Of a stretch of 64,000 bases of DNA, positions 50,444-60,153 are shown in pieces. The stretch lies in NCBI GenBank assembly GCA_963668695.2, contig CAXXLQ010000001.1, forward strand, positions 64,001 through 128,000, read 5' to 3'. How positions within the stretch are numbered: the first letter of the stretch is position 1; each line of letters starts with the position of its first letter. The notes beneath the pieces were generated by a model that was not told where the DNA came from, made no database searches, and worked only from the letters and a program-made list of their open reading frames with translations. The DNA is from Vicinamibacteria bacterium (lineage in GTDB: Bacteria; Acidobacteriota; Vicinamibacteria; Marinacidobacterales; Marinacidobacteraceae). The position numbers were made by a program, and so were the translations under genes.

Positions 50444-50794
50444 ATGCCTGATCTGAAAGTCGCCACCCGCCGCGCCGCCGAGGCGGTCGTGGTGGAGCCG
50501 CGGGGCTTCATCAATGCGCACACCGTGGCCGAGTTCGAAAGGGTGCTGAACGCGCTCGTCGAGGCCGGGGACGTGCGGATCGTGATCAGTGGCGCCCATC
50601 TTTCTTATGTGGCCAGTGCCGGCTTCGGGGCGATCATGGGCCTCATCGAAGAAGCCCGGGCGGGTGGCGGAGACATCCGCGTGGCCGCGCTTACCGAGAC
50701 CGTCGCCCATATTTTCCGGGTGCTGGGCTTCGACCGCCTGTGCCGTACCTTCGAGACCGAGGAGGAAGCGGTTCTCAGCTTTGGAGGCTACTGA
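50444..50794 (+). CDS. STAS-domain anti-sigma factor antagonist (RsbV-like)
   Basis: GFINA...LSYVASAGFG (phosphorylatable Ser motif); 116 aa. Confidence 0.85.
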   Translation: MPDLKVATRRAAEAVVVEPRGFINAHTVAEFERVLNALVEAGDVRIVISGAHLSYVASAGFGAIMGLIEEARAGGGDIRVAALTETVAHIFRVLGFDRLCRTFETEEEAVLSFGGY

Positions 50795-51269
50795 GCTGTC
50801 GAACGGGGAAAGGGCGCCGCTCCAGATCGACGTTCCGGCAACCTGCGAGTGCCTGAGCCTGGTGCACGAGGCGACGCGGCGGATGGCGATTGCTGAAGGT
50901 TTCGATCCGGCTGCCGCGGAGGAGATCGCGGTGGCGGTCGGAGAGGCGATGACCAACGTCGTCAAACATGCATACCGCGGCAAACCGGGTCATGCGATTC
51001 GGCTGCGCTTTCTGCCGAGGCCCGAGACGCTGCGGATCGAACTGGAACACCGCGGCGATGCGCCACGGCGCCTTCCGACCGGGGTGGATCTCGGACGGTT
51101 GGCGCGCGAGCGGCGCCGGGGCGGGTTGGGGGTTCATCTCATGCGTCGGCTCATGGACCGCGTGGTTCACGAACAGCTGGGAGCTGGTCTCGGATGCTGG
51201 GTGCTCGAACGCAATCGGCGCGATTCTGGTTGCGGTTCATCGGGTCCCACGTCCGGGCGGGAGTCCTGA
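50781..51269 (+). CDS. Anti-sigma factor Ser/Thr kinase (RsbW-like, HATPase_c_2)
   Basis: AVGEAMTNVVKHAY, GGLGVHLMRRLMD; start approximate. Confidence 0.85.
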   Translation: MEATELSNGERAPLQIDVPATCECLSLVHEATRRMAIAEGFDPAAAEEIAVAVGEAMTNVVKHAYRGKPGHAIRLRFLPRPETLRIELEHRGDAPRRLPTGVDLGRLARERRRGGLGVHLMRRLMDRVVHEQLGAGLGCWVLERNRRDSGCGSSGPTSGRES

Positions 51270-51362
51270 TCCGGTGAAGACGGGCCCAGACTGCCGCTCC
51301 CGCTGGTCCGTATCGGCGCGATCTCCTCTACCGCACGGGACGACGCTGCGGGCGTGCCCCTT

Positions 51363-53177
51363 ATGACCACGCGTACCGCTCGCAGGATCGAACCGGACCG
51401 GCCTTCGTCCTCCGGGGCGCGATACCAGCGGTTGTTCGCGCAGCATCTCGGGGAGATGAACCCCGCGGTGGAACGCCGGGTGTCGGAACTGCTGGCCCTC
51501 ACCGACTTCACGGCGGCGGCCTTCGAGCGGTTGAACGCAGCTGAGGTGGCGTCTCTCATTGTGCTGGTGGCGCTCGGCGAGACCGGAGCCCGCTGGGCAG
51601 GCATGCTGTTGCCCGATGAGGCAGGACAGTTGTGTCCGGCAGGCCGCCGGGGTGCCGGAACCCCTGGCTGGGAAGATCTGAGACTGGAAGTGCCCGACCG
51701 CCTCCCGGAATCCCTCGTACTTCGGGCCGGCGGCGAGCATGCGGAAGAGGAACCTGCCGCTGCTCCTTTTCGCCAGCTGATGCGCGACGCGGGGGCGTCA
51801 TCCGCGACGCTTCTTCAGACCCGGGACGGCCTCCGCGGAGTACTTCTGCTGGGCGCGCCCCATCCCGAGTTGGCGGGGTCGCAGAGCGATTTCCTCGAGG
51901 TGTTTGCGGCTTCCGCGGCGGCCGCGCTTGAAAAATGCCGCCGGGACGAGGAACTGCGGGTGGCGAACCGCCGACTCTCGCTTCATGTCTACCAGCTTCG
52001 TTCGCTGATGGACCTGACTGCCGGGCTGCATCGGGCTCGTGATGAGGCGGCGGTTTGGGATCTGCTGCTCCACGGTGCGATGGGTCATGTGTTGGCCAGC
52101 CGGGCGGCCGTAGTGGTCGGCGGGAGGGTTGCCGCTGCCAAGGGGCCGAGACGTCCCGACGAGGACGGGGCTCCGCTCGTGCGCGCCGCCGAGATCCTGG
52201 CCGGCGAGCACAAGATTCGTCCGACCGCTGATATTTCCCACTGGAGCACGTCCTGCGAATTGGCGAGACTGGAGATCGGCTGGATTGTGCCGTTCAGCTC
52301 CGGAGCGGTGCAGGGGACATTGTTCCTGGGCGCGGCCGGGTTCGGTCGGGAACTCTCGTCGGCGGACCGGGCCTTCCTGACGTCTCTCGCCGGACAGGCG
52401 TCAGCCGCGGTCGAAAGCCTGCGCCTCACCCGCGCCTCCATTCAGAAAGAGAAGGAACTCGAGGTGGCGCGCCAGATTCAGACCCGCTTTCTGCCAGCGG
52501 AGGCTCCGGAATATCCCGGGTGGGATCTGTGGGGGATCAACATTCCCTGTCTTGCCGTCGGGGGTGACTACTACGATTACCTCACCCTGGATGGAGCCAT
52601 ATTCGTCACGATCGCTGACGTGTCGGGGAAGGGAGCCGGGCCGGCTCTCATCATGGCTTCGGTTCAGGCGTCGCTGCGCGCTTTCTTCCGGCACGGTCGG
52701 TCCGGAATCGCCAGCGCCGCGGAAGAACTGAATCACCATCTGCACCGGAACACGGAAGACAACCGCTACATGACCGCCATCCTGGCCCGGCTCGAACCCT
52801 CGACCGGCCGGCTCGACTACCTGAACGCCGGGCATGTCCATCCGGTGTTGGTCCGGGCCGACGGTTCGGTCGAGCGTCTTGATCGGGGTTCGACGGTGCT
52901 CGGCCTGTTTCCCGACATCGACACCGAAGTCGGCACCTGCGAACTTGCTCCCGGGGATCTGGTCGCCATGTTCACCGACGGACTCAGCGAGGCTGAGGAT
53001 CCGGCGGGCGGCCTCTTCGATGACGCCCGCATCGTGGACGCGTTGATCGCCGCTCGCTCGCTGAGTGCGCGCGACATTTGCGGGGACCTGCTTTCGCGGG
53101 CTCGGGCCTTCTCCGGACCAAACCCGCTCCGCGATGACCTCACCCTGGTCGTCCTGAAGCGTGGTCCACGCGAGTAG
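51363..53177 (+). CDS. GAF-containing SpoIIE/RsbU-like PP2C phosphatase
   Basis: ELEVARQIQ, VGGDYYD, IADVSGKG, NAGH, FTDGL, DDLT. Confidence 0.9.
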   Translation: MTTRTARRIEPDRPSSSGARYQRLFAQHLGEMNPAVERRVSELLALTDFTAAAFERLNAAEVASLIVLVALGETGARWAGMLLPDEAGQLCPAGRRGAGTPGWEDLRLEVPDRLPESLVLRAGGEHAEEEPAAAPFRQLMRDAGASSATLLQTRDGLRGVLLLGAPHPELAGSQSDFLEVFAASAAAALEKCRRDEELRVANRRLSLHVYQLRSLMDLTAGLHRARDEAAVWDLLLHGAMGHVLASRAAVVVGGRVAAAKGPRRPDEDGAPLVRAAEILAGEHKIRPTADISHWSTSCELARLEIGWIVPFSSGAVQGTLFLGAAGFGRELSSADRAFLTSLAGQASAAVESLRLTRASIQKEKELEVARQIQTRFLPAEAPEYPGWDLWGINIPCLAVGGDYYDYLTLDGAIFVTIADVSGKGAGPALIMASVQASLRAFFRHGRSGIASAAEELNHHLHRNTEDNRYMTAILARLEPSTGRLDYLNAGHVHPVLVRADGSVERLDRGSTVLGLFPDIDTEVGTCELAPGDLVAMFTDGLSEAEDPAGGLFDDARIVDALIAARSLSARDICGDLLSRARAFSGPNPLRDDLTLVVLKRGPRE

Positions 53178-53190
53178 TCACGAGTAGTCG

Positions 53191-54648
53191 ATGTCCGGGA
53201 AAAGCACCTTCCGGCTCCGCAACACCCTCGGCGGCCGCATTCAGCCCTTCCAGCCGAAACGTACGGACGAGGTCCGGATGTACACGTGCGGACTCACGGT
53301 GTACGCCCGGGGACATATCGGGAACTTCCGTACCTTTGTGGCCCAGGACGTCCTTCGCCGCTTCCTTCGTTTCAAGGGCTACCGGGTCCTTCAGGCGATG
53401 AACTTCACGGACGTCGATGACAAGACCATCCGGGGTGCGGGGGAGGCGGGCGAGCCGCTGCGCGATTACACGACCCGCTACATCGAAGAGTTCTTCGACG
53501 ATGCCGACGCTCTGGGCATCGAGCGCGCCGAGCACTATCCGCGAGCCACCGACCCCGAGTACATCAAGGCGATGATTCGGCTGGTGACGCAACTACTGGA
53601 GGGCGGGGTCGCCTACGAGTCCGACGGCTCCATCTATTTCCGGGTTGCGAGCTTCCCCCGCTACGGGCAGCTCTCCGGCGCGGCGGCCTCCGACCGCCTC
53701 GCCGGCGCCCGCGTGGACTCCGACGAGTACGACAAGGAAGACGCGCAGGACTTCGTCCTCTGGAAGGTGGCGAAACCGGGTGACCCGGTCTGGGATGCGC
53801 CTTTCGGCGCCGGCCGTCCGGGTTGGCATCTGGAATGTTCAGCAATGGGATTGGAACTTCTCGGCTCGGGTTTCGACCTGCACTGCGGCGGCGTGGATCT
53901 CGTGTTCCCGCACCACGAGAACGAGATCGCCCAGAGCGAGGCCGCGACCGGGAGCCCCTTCGTTCGTCACTGGTTCCACTGCGAACACCTGCTGGTGGAC
54001 GGCCGGAAAATGTCCAAATCGCTCGGCAATCAATTCACCGTGCGCGAGTTGATCGACGAGGGTTTTGCGCCAGCCACGATCCGTCACCTGCTGGCCGGGG
54101 TGCACTACCGCCAGCAACTGAACTTCACGAAGGGCGGCCTCCGGCAGGCGGAAGTCGCTATCGGCCGGGTCAACGAGTTCCTGCGCCGTTCGGACGAGGC
54201 GGCCCGCCGCGAGGGAGACCCCGCGAATGAGGGCACGGCGTCTCCCGGCGGCGCCGCGACCAGGGTTGCCGAAGCCCTTGTTCGTTTCGAGGCAGCTCTG
54301 GATGACGATCTGAACACGTCGAAGGCGCTCAGCGAGGTGTTCACCGCTCTGAGGGAAGGGAACCGGGCGCTCCATGCACCCGGAGGAGCCTCCGAGGCGG
54401 GAGTCTGGGCAGCGGCGATCCGCAGGATGAACACGGTCTTCGGCAGCTTCGAGATGGCCCCCGACTCGGAGACCGGCGAGCGCGTCGACGAGCCAGCCGA
54501 CCTGGTCGAGTTGATCCGTGAGCGACGGGAGGCGCGCCAACGAAGGGACTTCGCTCGCGCCGATGAGATCCGGGACGATTTGGCCGCTCGCGGGATCCTT
54601 CTCGAGGATTCTTCGTCGGGCACCATTTGGCGGCGGCGCGAGGACTGA
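53191..54648 (+). CDS. cysS: Cysteine--tRNA ligase
   Basis: CGLTVY, HIGN, DFVLWK, PGWHLEC, FPHHENE, KMSKS. Confidence 0.96.
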   Translation: MSGKSTFRLRNTLGGRIQPFQPKRTDEVRMYTCGLTVYARGHIGNFRTFVAQDVLRRFLRFKGYRVLQAMNFTDVDDKTIRGAGEAGEPLRDYTTRYIEEFFDDADALGIERAEHYPRATDPEYIKAMIRLVTQLLEGGVAYESDGSIYFRVASFPRYGQLSGAAASDRLAGARVDSDEYDKEDAQDFVLWKVAKPGDPVWDAPFGAGRPGWHLECSAMGLELLGSGFDLHCGGVDLVFPHHENEIAQSEAATGSPFVRHWFHCEHLLVDGRKMSKSLGNQFTVRELIDEGFAPATIRHLLAGVHYRQQLNFTKGGLRQAEVAIGRVNEFLRRSDEAARREGDPANEGTASPGGAATRVAEALVRFEAALDDDLNTSKALSEVFTALREGNRALHAPGGASEAGVWAAAIRRMNTVFGSFEMAPDSETGERVDEPADLVELIRERREARQRRDFARADEIRDDLAARGILLEDSSSGTIWRRRED

Positions 54649-54662
54649 GCGCCCGAGCGGCC

Positions 54663-55121
54663 ATGGTCCGGCGGTGCGTTGCTTGCTGGCCATTCCGGCG
54701 ACGAGCGCCACATTTGAGGCTCGGAGCCCGTGGCGAGCGGATCGCCGCCCGGGTTCTTCGCCGGTCCGGGTACCGGGTAGTGGCGAGGAACTATCGTCCC
54801 GGCCGCCGGCGAAGCGATGCGGAACTGGACATCGTGGCATGGGAGGGAGACACCCTCGCCGTCGTCGAGGTCAAGACCCGTCGGGGCGGCTTCGGAGATC
54901 CGGCGGAGCGCGTCGACCGCGAAAAGCGCCGCCGGATCCGGCGCTCTGCAGCGCGGATGTGGCGGCGGGAAACGTCCCGAAAAAGGATCCCCCCGGGATC
55001 GCACCTCCGCATGGATGTGGTGGAAGTCTGGTTTCCTGCTACGCGGCCCCGGCGCCTCCTGGCTCGCCTCCGGGAGGTGTTTCGCCGCCCCACCGTACGG
55101 ATCCGGCGCGGCGCGTTCTGA
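54663..55121 (+). CDS. YraN family (PD-(D/E)XK) protein
   Basis: GARGERIA, ARNYR, ELDIVA, VEVKTR, RMDVV. Confidence 0.85.
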   Translation: MVRRCVACWPFRRRAPHLRLGARGERIAARVLRRSGYRVVARNYRPGRRRSDAELDIVAWEGDTLAVVEVKTRRGGFGDPAERVDREKRRRIRRSAARMWRRETSRKRIPPGSHLRMDVVEVWFPATRPRRLLARLREVFRRPTVRIRRGAF

Positions 55122-55175
55122 GCCGGGTCGGGCTCGGACGGGGCGGTATACTCGCTCGCCTTTCTCCAAGGCCGG

Positions 55176-55250
<75 letters not shown>

Positions 55251-55266
55251 GTTATGGGTAGGTCAG

Positions 55267-55339
55267 GGCGGCGTAGCCAAGTGGCCAAGGCGGAGGTCTG
55301 CAAAACCTCTATTCGGCGGTTCGAATCCGCCCGCCGCCT
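55267..55339 (+). tRNA. tRNA-Cys(GCA)
   Basis: Acceptor GGCGGCG/CGCCGCC, gaggt-ctGCAaa-acctc, GGTTCGAATCC, U73; CCA not encoded. Confidence 0.94.
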
Positions 55340-55431
55340 CCGCCACTTATCCTGACCGGATGCGCCGCTGACGGCGTGTCCGGTGCGTGTATCCGTCTTT
55401 GCGGCGATGGGAATCGCCGCCAGACAGGCCG

Positions 55432-55517
55432 GCCGGGATGGCGAAATCGGCAGACGCGGGAGACTTAAAATCTCTTGTCCCCAACGGGACGTGCGGGTTC
55501 GAGCCCCGCTCCCGGCA
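55432..55517 (+). tRNA. tRNA-Leu(TAA)
   Basis: Acceptor GCCGGGA/TCCCGGC, ggaga-ctTAAaa-tctct, long variable arm, GGTTCGAGCCC; CCA not encoded. Confidence 0.93.
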
Positions 55518-55585
55518 GGCCGAAGCGGACGGGGCGGGGGGCGCACTTGATCGGGGTGGTAGCGAGCGGTGAAGTTGTTGGGAAT

Positions 55586-55728
55586 CGCGCCCCCCGTCCC
55601 GTCCGCCCCGGCGCTTCGCGCCGGCAATCGAAACTTCCTTGCTCGCCTCCGGCGGGCTGCGGCAAGTTCCGATTGGTCGTTACTGATTGTGAAAGGGGGG
55701 GGTGCCCCCCTTTCACACTTTCCCCCCG
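55586..55728. repeat. Family B repeat with 0 x 81-bp unit
   Basis: ccggcgcttcgcgccgg joins directly to aatcgaaacttccttg...tgtgaaaggg...ccctttcacactttccccc. Confidence 0.75.
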
Positions 55729-55984
55729 GAGCCGCGTTCGGCTGCGCCGTGCGGATCCCCCATCCCATCCTGTTCTTGCCGCTCGGGATCCGCCTAGAGC
55801 GCCGCGGCGACGCGCCCCGGTTCCGCATCGCCATGATCGAGTCAGTGGTGCGATCCGTGTCCTGCTAGGTCGTCCACGCGTCCTTGCCGTTTTCTGTTCG
55901 CCGCGAGCTCATGCCATCGCGGACTGGGTAACGAAACACGACCGTGCGGCATTACCCAGCGAGTTCCGATCCCCGACCTTCGGT

Positions 55985-56100
55985 CCGGCCAAGAACGCGG
56001 CCCACTGCTCCATGAGCGCCCGCCGCCGACAACCAGGTCGGTGCGCCGGGAGGGCACCTCGATTCTGTGTGTTCGCATGGGCCAGCGCCAGCTCCCAGAC
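55985..56100 (-). pseudogene. Tyrosine integrase C-terminal remnant 1
   Basis: WELALAHANT/RIEVPSRRTDLV/RRRALMEQWAAFL read across two frameshifts; resembles the P4-type integrase tail LAH...AY...DL.E.RR.LM..WA. Confidence 0.75.
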
Positions 56101-56154
56101 CGCCCTGAGAGTGACCACCAAACCTCCCGGCATCGCTTTCAACGGGGAGTTGAG

Positions 56155-56448
56155 TCATCTGCCCGGCGAATCGCACCCAATTGATCTCGTGGGCTCGTAG
56201 CGACCTCGCCCCGTTCTGGAAACGCGCCCCGCCCTAACGAGTCTCGCCAAGATTCCGGTAGTAATGCTGTCGTAGATCGCTTTGTCCTTGCCGAATCCAA
56301 CGTCCCGATCGATTCCAGCGCGTCTGCTGATTTCGGCGGGGCCGAGAACTTCCCCTACCTGATGAGCGTTGACGATTACCGCCATCACGGCCTCGTCCAA
56401 ACAGTGCATTCCAATGCGAGCGAGTACGGCTGCTAGTTGGTGGGCCAT
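56155..56448 (-). CDS. Small hypothetical protein, winged-HTH-like, in lower-GC segment
   Basis: 97 aa; LGPAEISRRAGI...ILARLVRAGRVSRTGRGRY. SD-linked ATGs upstream are out of frame, so it may be a pseudogene. Confidence 0.45.
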   Translation of the reverse strand: MAHQLAAVLARIGMHCLDEAVMAVIVNAHQVGEVLGPAEISRRAGIDRDVGFGKDKAIYDSITTGILARLVRAGRVSRTGRGRYEPTRSIGCDSPGR

Positions 56449-56569
56449 GAGCGCTGCTTTCCTGTGGGTTGATTTGAGACTGATGGGGCCAGCTTCGGGC
56501 GGACATTGTCCATCACCCTCCCCGCCGCGACCGACCGGCGGGCGAACCCGGATCCCGCGCTCCCTGTCC

Positions 56570-56690
56570 TGATCAGGAACGCGGCCCACTGCTCCATGAG
56601 CGCCCGGCCGCCGCTCGAACAGGTCTTTCTGTCGGTACGCGGCCTCGATACGGTTCGTGTTCACGTGCGCCGGGGCCAGCTCTCGGTCGC
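56570..56690 (-). pseudogene. Tyrosine integrase C-terminal remnant 2
   Basis: ELAPAHVNTNRIEAAYRQKDLFERR(+1)RALMEQWAAFL; 30 bp identical to remnant 1. Confidence 0.8.
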
Positions 56691-57018
56691 GCACGCTGGG
56701 CGCGGTTGCAGAAAGCTCGGCCCGGCCCGCTACTCGTTTAGTGCGTCAATGTTCCCGCGCAGGCTGAAAACTGCCTGCAAGACGCCATCCGCGCGGGGGG
56801 CCGCGCCGGGGGCCAGCGCAGCGGATCGATTCCCGGAAACGCAAGGGAGTCAACGGGTTTCGGGTGCGACGGTGGCGGACCTCCTTTCACACTTTCCCCC
56901 CGGACACGCTGGCGTCAAACCCTGCGGGTTCGCCGCCGTGAGTTTTTCCTCGTTTGGCGCACCGCAGTCTCACGCCGCCATCCATCCGGCAGGTCGAACG
57001 AACCCCGGAGGGGGTCGT

Positions 57019-57356
57019 CCGGCGCTTCGCGCCGGGCTTCCGAAGTGCGGCGAGATCCGCGCGGAGACCCCGGAGCAGGAGGGATTGGGGTCGGGGGCGC
57101 GACGCGCAGCGAGATCGCGCATCGCCGACCGCGAAGAAGCGCGGGGACGGCTTGGAACGCCGGTTTCCGACCGGCATCGCGCGGGAGCGCGAAACCAGCG
57201 CCGATGACGCTGCGCTGTGCCAACGTGAGGGCCGCACCACCTTTGAGTCCCGGAGGGCGCGACCGATCGCTGCTCCCGCTACCCGGGACGCGCCGTTTTC
57301 ATGACGCGCGAGGGTGTGGAGGAGGACCCGATCGTGAGGGTTTCTCCCGGTGGGGG
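57019..57356. repeat. Partial family B unit plus family D repeat copy 2
   Basis: gggcttccgaagtgcggcg...cggagaccccggagcagg unit, then a match to 9-151. Confidence 0.7.
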
Positions 57357-57423
57357 CCGGCACCGCCAGCCGGAGGCTGGTGAAGGTTGTGCTACCGAAC
57401 GCCGGGGGGTTTACAATCCGAAA

Positions 57424-57598
57424 TGAACCCGAGTGGTCCACTGCGCTCCGGCTTATGGAACCGAACGGGAGTCACCACTGCCGGGTGGGACGCGCCTCCC
57501 GCGAGCGGCGCCAATCGGCGCCGGGCGGGAAGCCCGAGCCTGGCACGCGACGCCCACCTACGACATCGTAGGACGGAACCAGAGGACCGCCGGGTTCA
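57424..57598 (+). ncRNA. ssrS: Probable 6S RNA
   Basis: 175-nt rod: tgaacccg-a-gtggtcc pairs with ggaccgc-cgggttca; central bubble; gggagtc/gacgccc, tgccggg/cctggca and tcccgc/gcggga stems; cctac-gtagg hairpin on the 3' side of the bubble; TACAAT at 57412-57417. Confidence 0.65.
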
Positions 57599-57671
57599 CC
57601 TTCGGGTCGAGCGGTCCGGAAGGGGGGCTGCCCAGTTCGGATAGTGATGCGTAGTCGGTTTGCTACCGGTT

Positions 57672-57902
57672 GCGCCCCCCTTCCGAACCGCCCGGCGCTT
57701 CGCGCCGGCCTTCCGAAGTGCGGCGGGAGCCGCACGGAGACCCCGGAGCAGGAGGGGCTGGGGTCGGGAGACCCGACTCCCAGCCGCTCCTGGCTCGGGA
57801 ATCGAAACTTCCTTGCCCGCTTCGGGCGGGCTACGGCAAGTTCCGATTGGTCGTAGTCAATTTGTGAAAGGGGGAGGTGCCCCCCTTTCACACTTTCCCC
57901 CC
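57672..57902. repeat. Family B repeat with 1 x 81-bp unit
   Basis: Closely similar to 33228-33535 but with a single unit. Confidence 0.8.
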
Positions 57903-58046
57903 TCGGGTCGAGCGGTCAGGGAGGGGGGGTGTCAGGCGCCAGAAAAGAGGGGAGCCCTCCGCGTTTCGTCGCGCTCGCGCGCGACGAGGCCGGTCGGAGG
58001 CCGGAGGCCCCTATAGGGCGCTATCCGGCGGGTGAGCGGAGAGTCG

Positions 58047-59180
58047 TCATCCCAGGGCTTGGTCCAGATCGGCGATCAGATCGGCCGGATGCTCCAATCC
58101 GACGGACACCCGAATGAGATCGCGGGGGGTCTTGGTGTCCGGTCCCTCGACGAGCGCGCGGTGCTCTACCAGGCTTTCGACGCCGCCCAGGCTCGTTGCC
58201 CGCGTGAAGAGTTTGATGCGCGAGAGCACGCCCTTCGCGTGATCCTCTCCTCCGAGGGCCCGGAAGGAGAGCATGGCGCCGTAACCGTCTCCCTGGCGGG
58301 TCTGGACTGCGTGTCCGGGATCCGAAGCGAGCCCCGGATAGAAAGTCGCCGCCACGCGGGGATGGCCGCTCAGGAACTCCGCGAGCTTTCCCGCCGTCTC
58401 CGACTGGGCCCGGATCCGGACGGGCAGGGTTCTCATCCCTCGGCGGAGCAGCCAGGCGTCGAACGGAGATGGCACCGGGCCGGTCTCGGTTTGCACGAAA
58501 CGCAGCCGTGAGGCGAGTTCGAGACCTTCCCGCAGCACGACCGCTCCGCCGGTTACGTCGCTGTGCCCGCCGAAGTACTTCGTGGTGGCGTGGATCACGA
58601 TGTCCGCGCCGAGAGCCAGTGGCCGCTGAAGAACCGGTGTCATCCAGGTGTTGTCCACGGCGACCAGCGCTCCCACGGCGCGGCAGCGGGCGGCGACGGC
58701 CGCGATGTCGGTGATTCGCAGGGTGGGGTTCGAGGGGGTCTCCAGGATGGCGAGCGCGGGCCGTTCGTCAAGGCCGGCGGTTACGTCCTCCGGGTCCAGG
58801 AAATCGGTGAAGCGGGTCCGGAGCCCCCAGCGAGCGAGAGACTCCTTCGCGAGGCGCACGGTCCCGTGATAGGCGTCCTGCGGCGCCAGGACGAGATCTC
58901 CGGGCGAGAGGGTCAGGAGAAGCGAATGAACGGCGGCGAGTCCCGAGGCAAAGCTCACGCACTCCGCGCCTCCCTCCAGGTCGGCGACCGCCTGCTCGAG
59001 CGCCGTCCGATCCGGATTGCCGCTGCGTCCGTAGATGAAGTCCGAAGCGAGGTTCCCCTCGGGATCTCGCCGGAACGTGGTCGAGAGGTGGATCGGCGGC
59101 GCCACGGCCCCCGCCAGGTTCTCGGAGGAGCCGGCGTGCACGCTCCGGGTCTCGATCCGGTAATTCTTCTTGTCGTCCAT
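58047..59180 (-). CDS. PLP-dependent trans-sulfuration enzyme (cystathionine gamma-synthase/lyase family)
   Basis: YGRSGNP, FASGLAA, ETPSNP, VDNTW, TKYFGGHSD, SLGGVESL, RVSVGLE; CATAAT 7 nt upstream of ATG 59180. Confidence 0.92.
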   Translation of the reverse strand: MDDKKNYRIETRSVHAGSSENLAGAVAPPIHLSTTFRRDPEGNLASDFIYGRSGNPDRTALEQAVADLEGGAECVSFASGLAAVHSLLLTLSPGDLVLAPQDAYHGTVRLAKESLARWGLRTRFTDFLDPEDVTAGLDERPALAILETPSNPTLRITDIAAVAARCRAVGALVAVDNTWMTPVLQRPLALGADIVIHATTKYFGGHSDVTGGAVVLREGLELASRLRFVQTETGPVPSPFDAWLLRRGMRTLPVRIRAQSETAGKLAEFLSGHPRVAATFYPGLASDPGHAVQTRQGDGYGAMLSFRALGGEDHAKGVLSRIKLFTRATSLGGVESLVEHRALVEGPDTKTPRDLIRVSVGLEHPADLIADLDQALG

Positions 59181-59231
59181 GCGGCGCATTATGCGGTTCG
59201 GACCCGGCCACGGCGTCCACCGGAGCACTAG

Positions 59232-59446
59232 CAGCCTGTGGATAAAGTGGCGTGAGCGCCGAGAGTGGCGAGGCGCCCGGCTGACAAGGCGCGCGAGGGA
59301 GGAGCCCCCACCGGGAGAACTGGCCCGAGTGTATTTCGACCGAAGCGCAACGATGAGCGAGGCGAAGCGCCAGTTCTCCCGGTGGGGGGGCGGTTCAGCC
59401 GGGATGGATCGCCGGTCGAACGCCGCGTGACTTTGTTCACAGGCTG
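59232..59446. mobile_element. Family A element
   Basis: ctag|cagcctgtggataaagt ... actttgttcacaggctg|ctag. Confidence 0.8.
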
Positions 59447-59464
59447 CTAGGCTGCCGCCCACTG

Positions 59465-60109
59465 TTGCGCGACGCGAACAAACGGGCAGGTCCAGTGCGT
59501 CTTTCTTCCGAGGAGTCGAAGGATGCGCCGGTTGATCCACTTCGGGAGGAACGAGCCCTGGAGGATGCAGAGGAGCGCCGCCTGTTTCAAAGGTTTCGGG
59601 AGGCGGGAGACCTGTCCGCCTTCGACGAACTCGTTCGCCGCACCGAGAGTCGAGTTCGTTCGGTGGCCCTCGCCATCCTCCGGGATCGGGCCGAGGCCGA
59701 AGACGCGGCCCAGGAGGCCTTTCTCCGGGCCTTCAGGCGCGCTTCCAGCTATCGGGGAGAGGGGCCGGTGGGCGCCTGGCTGTGCCGGATCGCGGTCCGT
59801 TCGGCCCACGACGCGCTCCGGCGGGCCGGCAGGCAGCGGCGACTCATCGAAGTGGCGAAGCAGCCCGGAGATGTGCAGGCGGAAGCCGGAAGCGTTGATC
59901 CGGAGGAAGAACTGCACCGCCGCACGGAGGTGGAGTCAGCGCTTCGGACGCTGCCCGCAGACGAGCGCGAGGCGCTGGTGCTGAAGGAAGTAGCAGGAAT
60001 GACCTACCGGGAAATCTCCGAGTCGTGCGGCGTTCCGCTCGGGACCGTACAGTCCCGGATTCATCGGGCGCGCCAGCGCCTGGCCGACGCCCTTCGTCCG
60101 AGGGCTTGA
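59465..60109 (+). CDS. ECF RNA polymerase sigma factor
   Basis: AFDELV, AEDAAQEAFLRA, WLCRIA, region 4 TYREISE...LGTVQSRIHRAR; start uncertain (59465 or 59495). Confidence 0.9.
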   Translation: MRDANKRAGPVRLSSEESKDAPVDPLREERALEDAEERRLFQRFREAGDLSAFDELVRRTESRVRSVALAILRDRAEAEDAAQEAFLRAFRRASSYRGEGPVGAWLCRIAVRSAHDALRRAGRQRRLIEVAKQPGDVQAEAGSVDPEEELHRRTEVESALRTLPADEREALVLKEVAGMTYREISESCGVPLGTVQSRIHRARQRLADALRPRA

Positions 60110-60153
60110 ACCGAGGGCTTGATCCGAGGGGTTGAACCGCGGAGCCGAACGAA

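Noticed and set aside
55518-58046. Intact prophage or genomic island at tRNA-Leu
   Set aside because: Only short integrase fragments; no att duplication, structural or replication genes seen.
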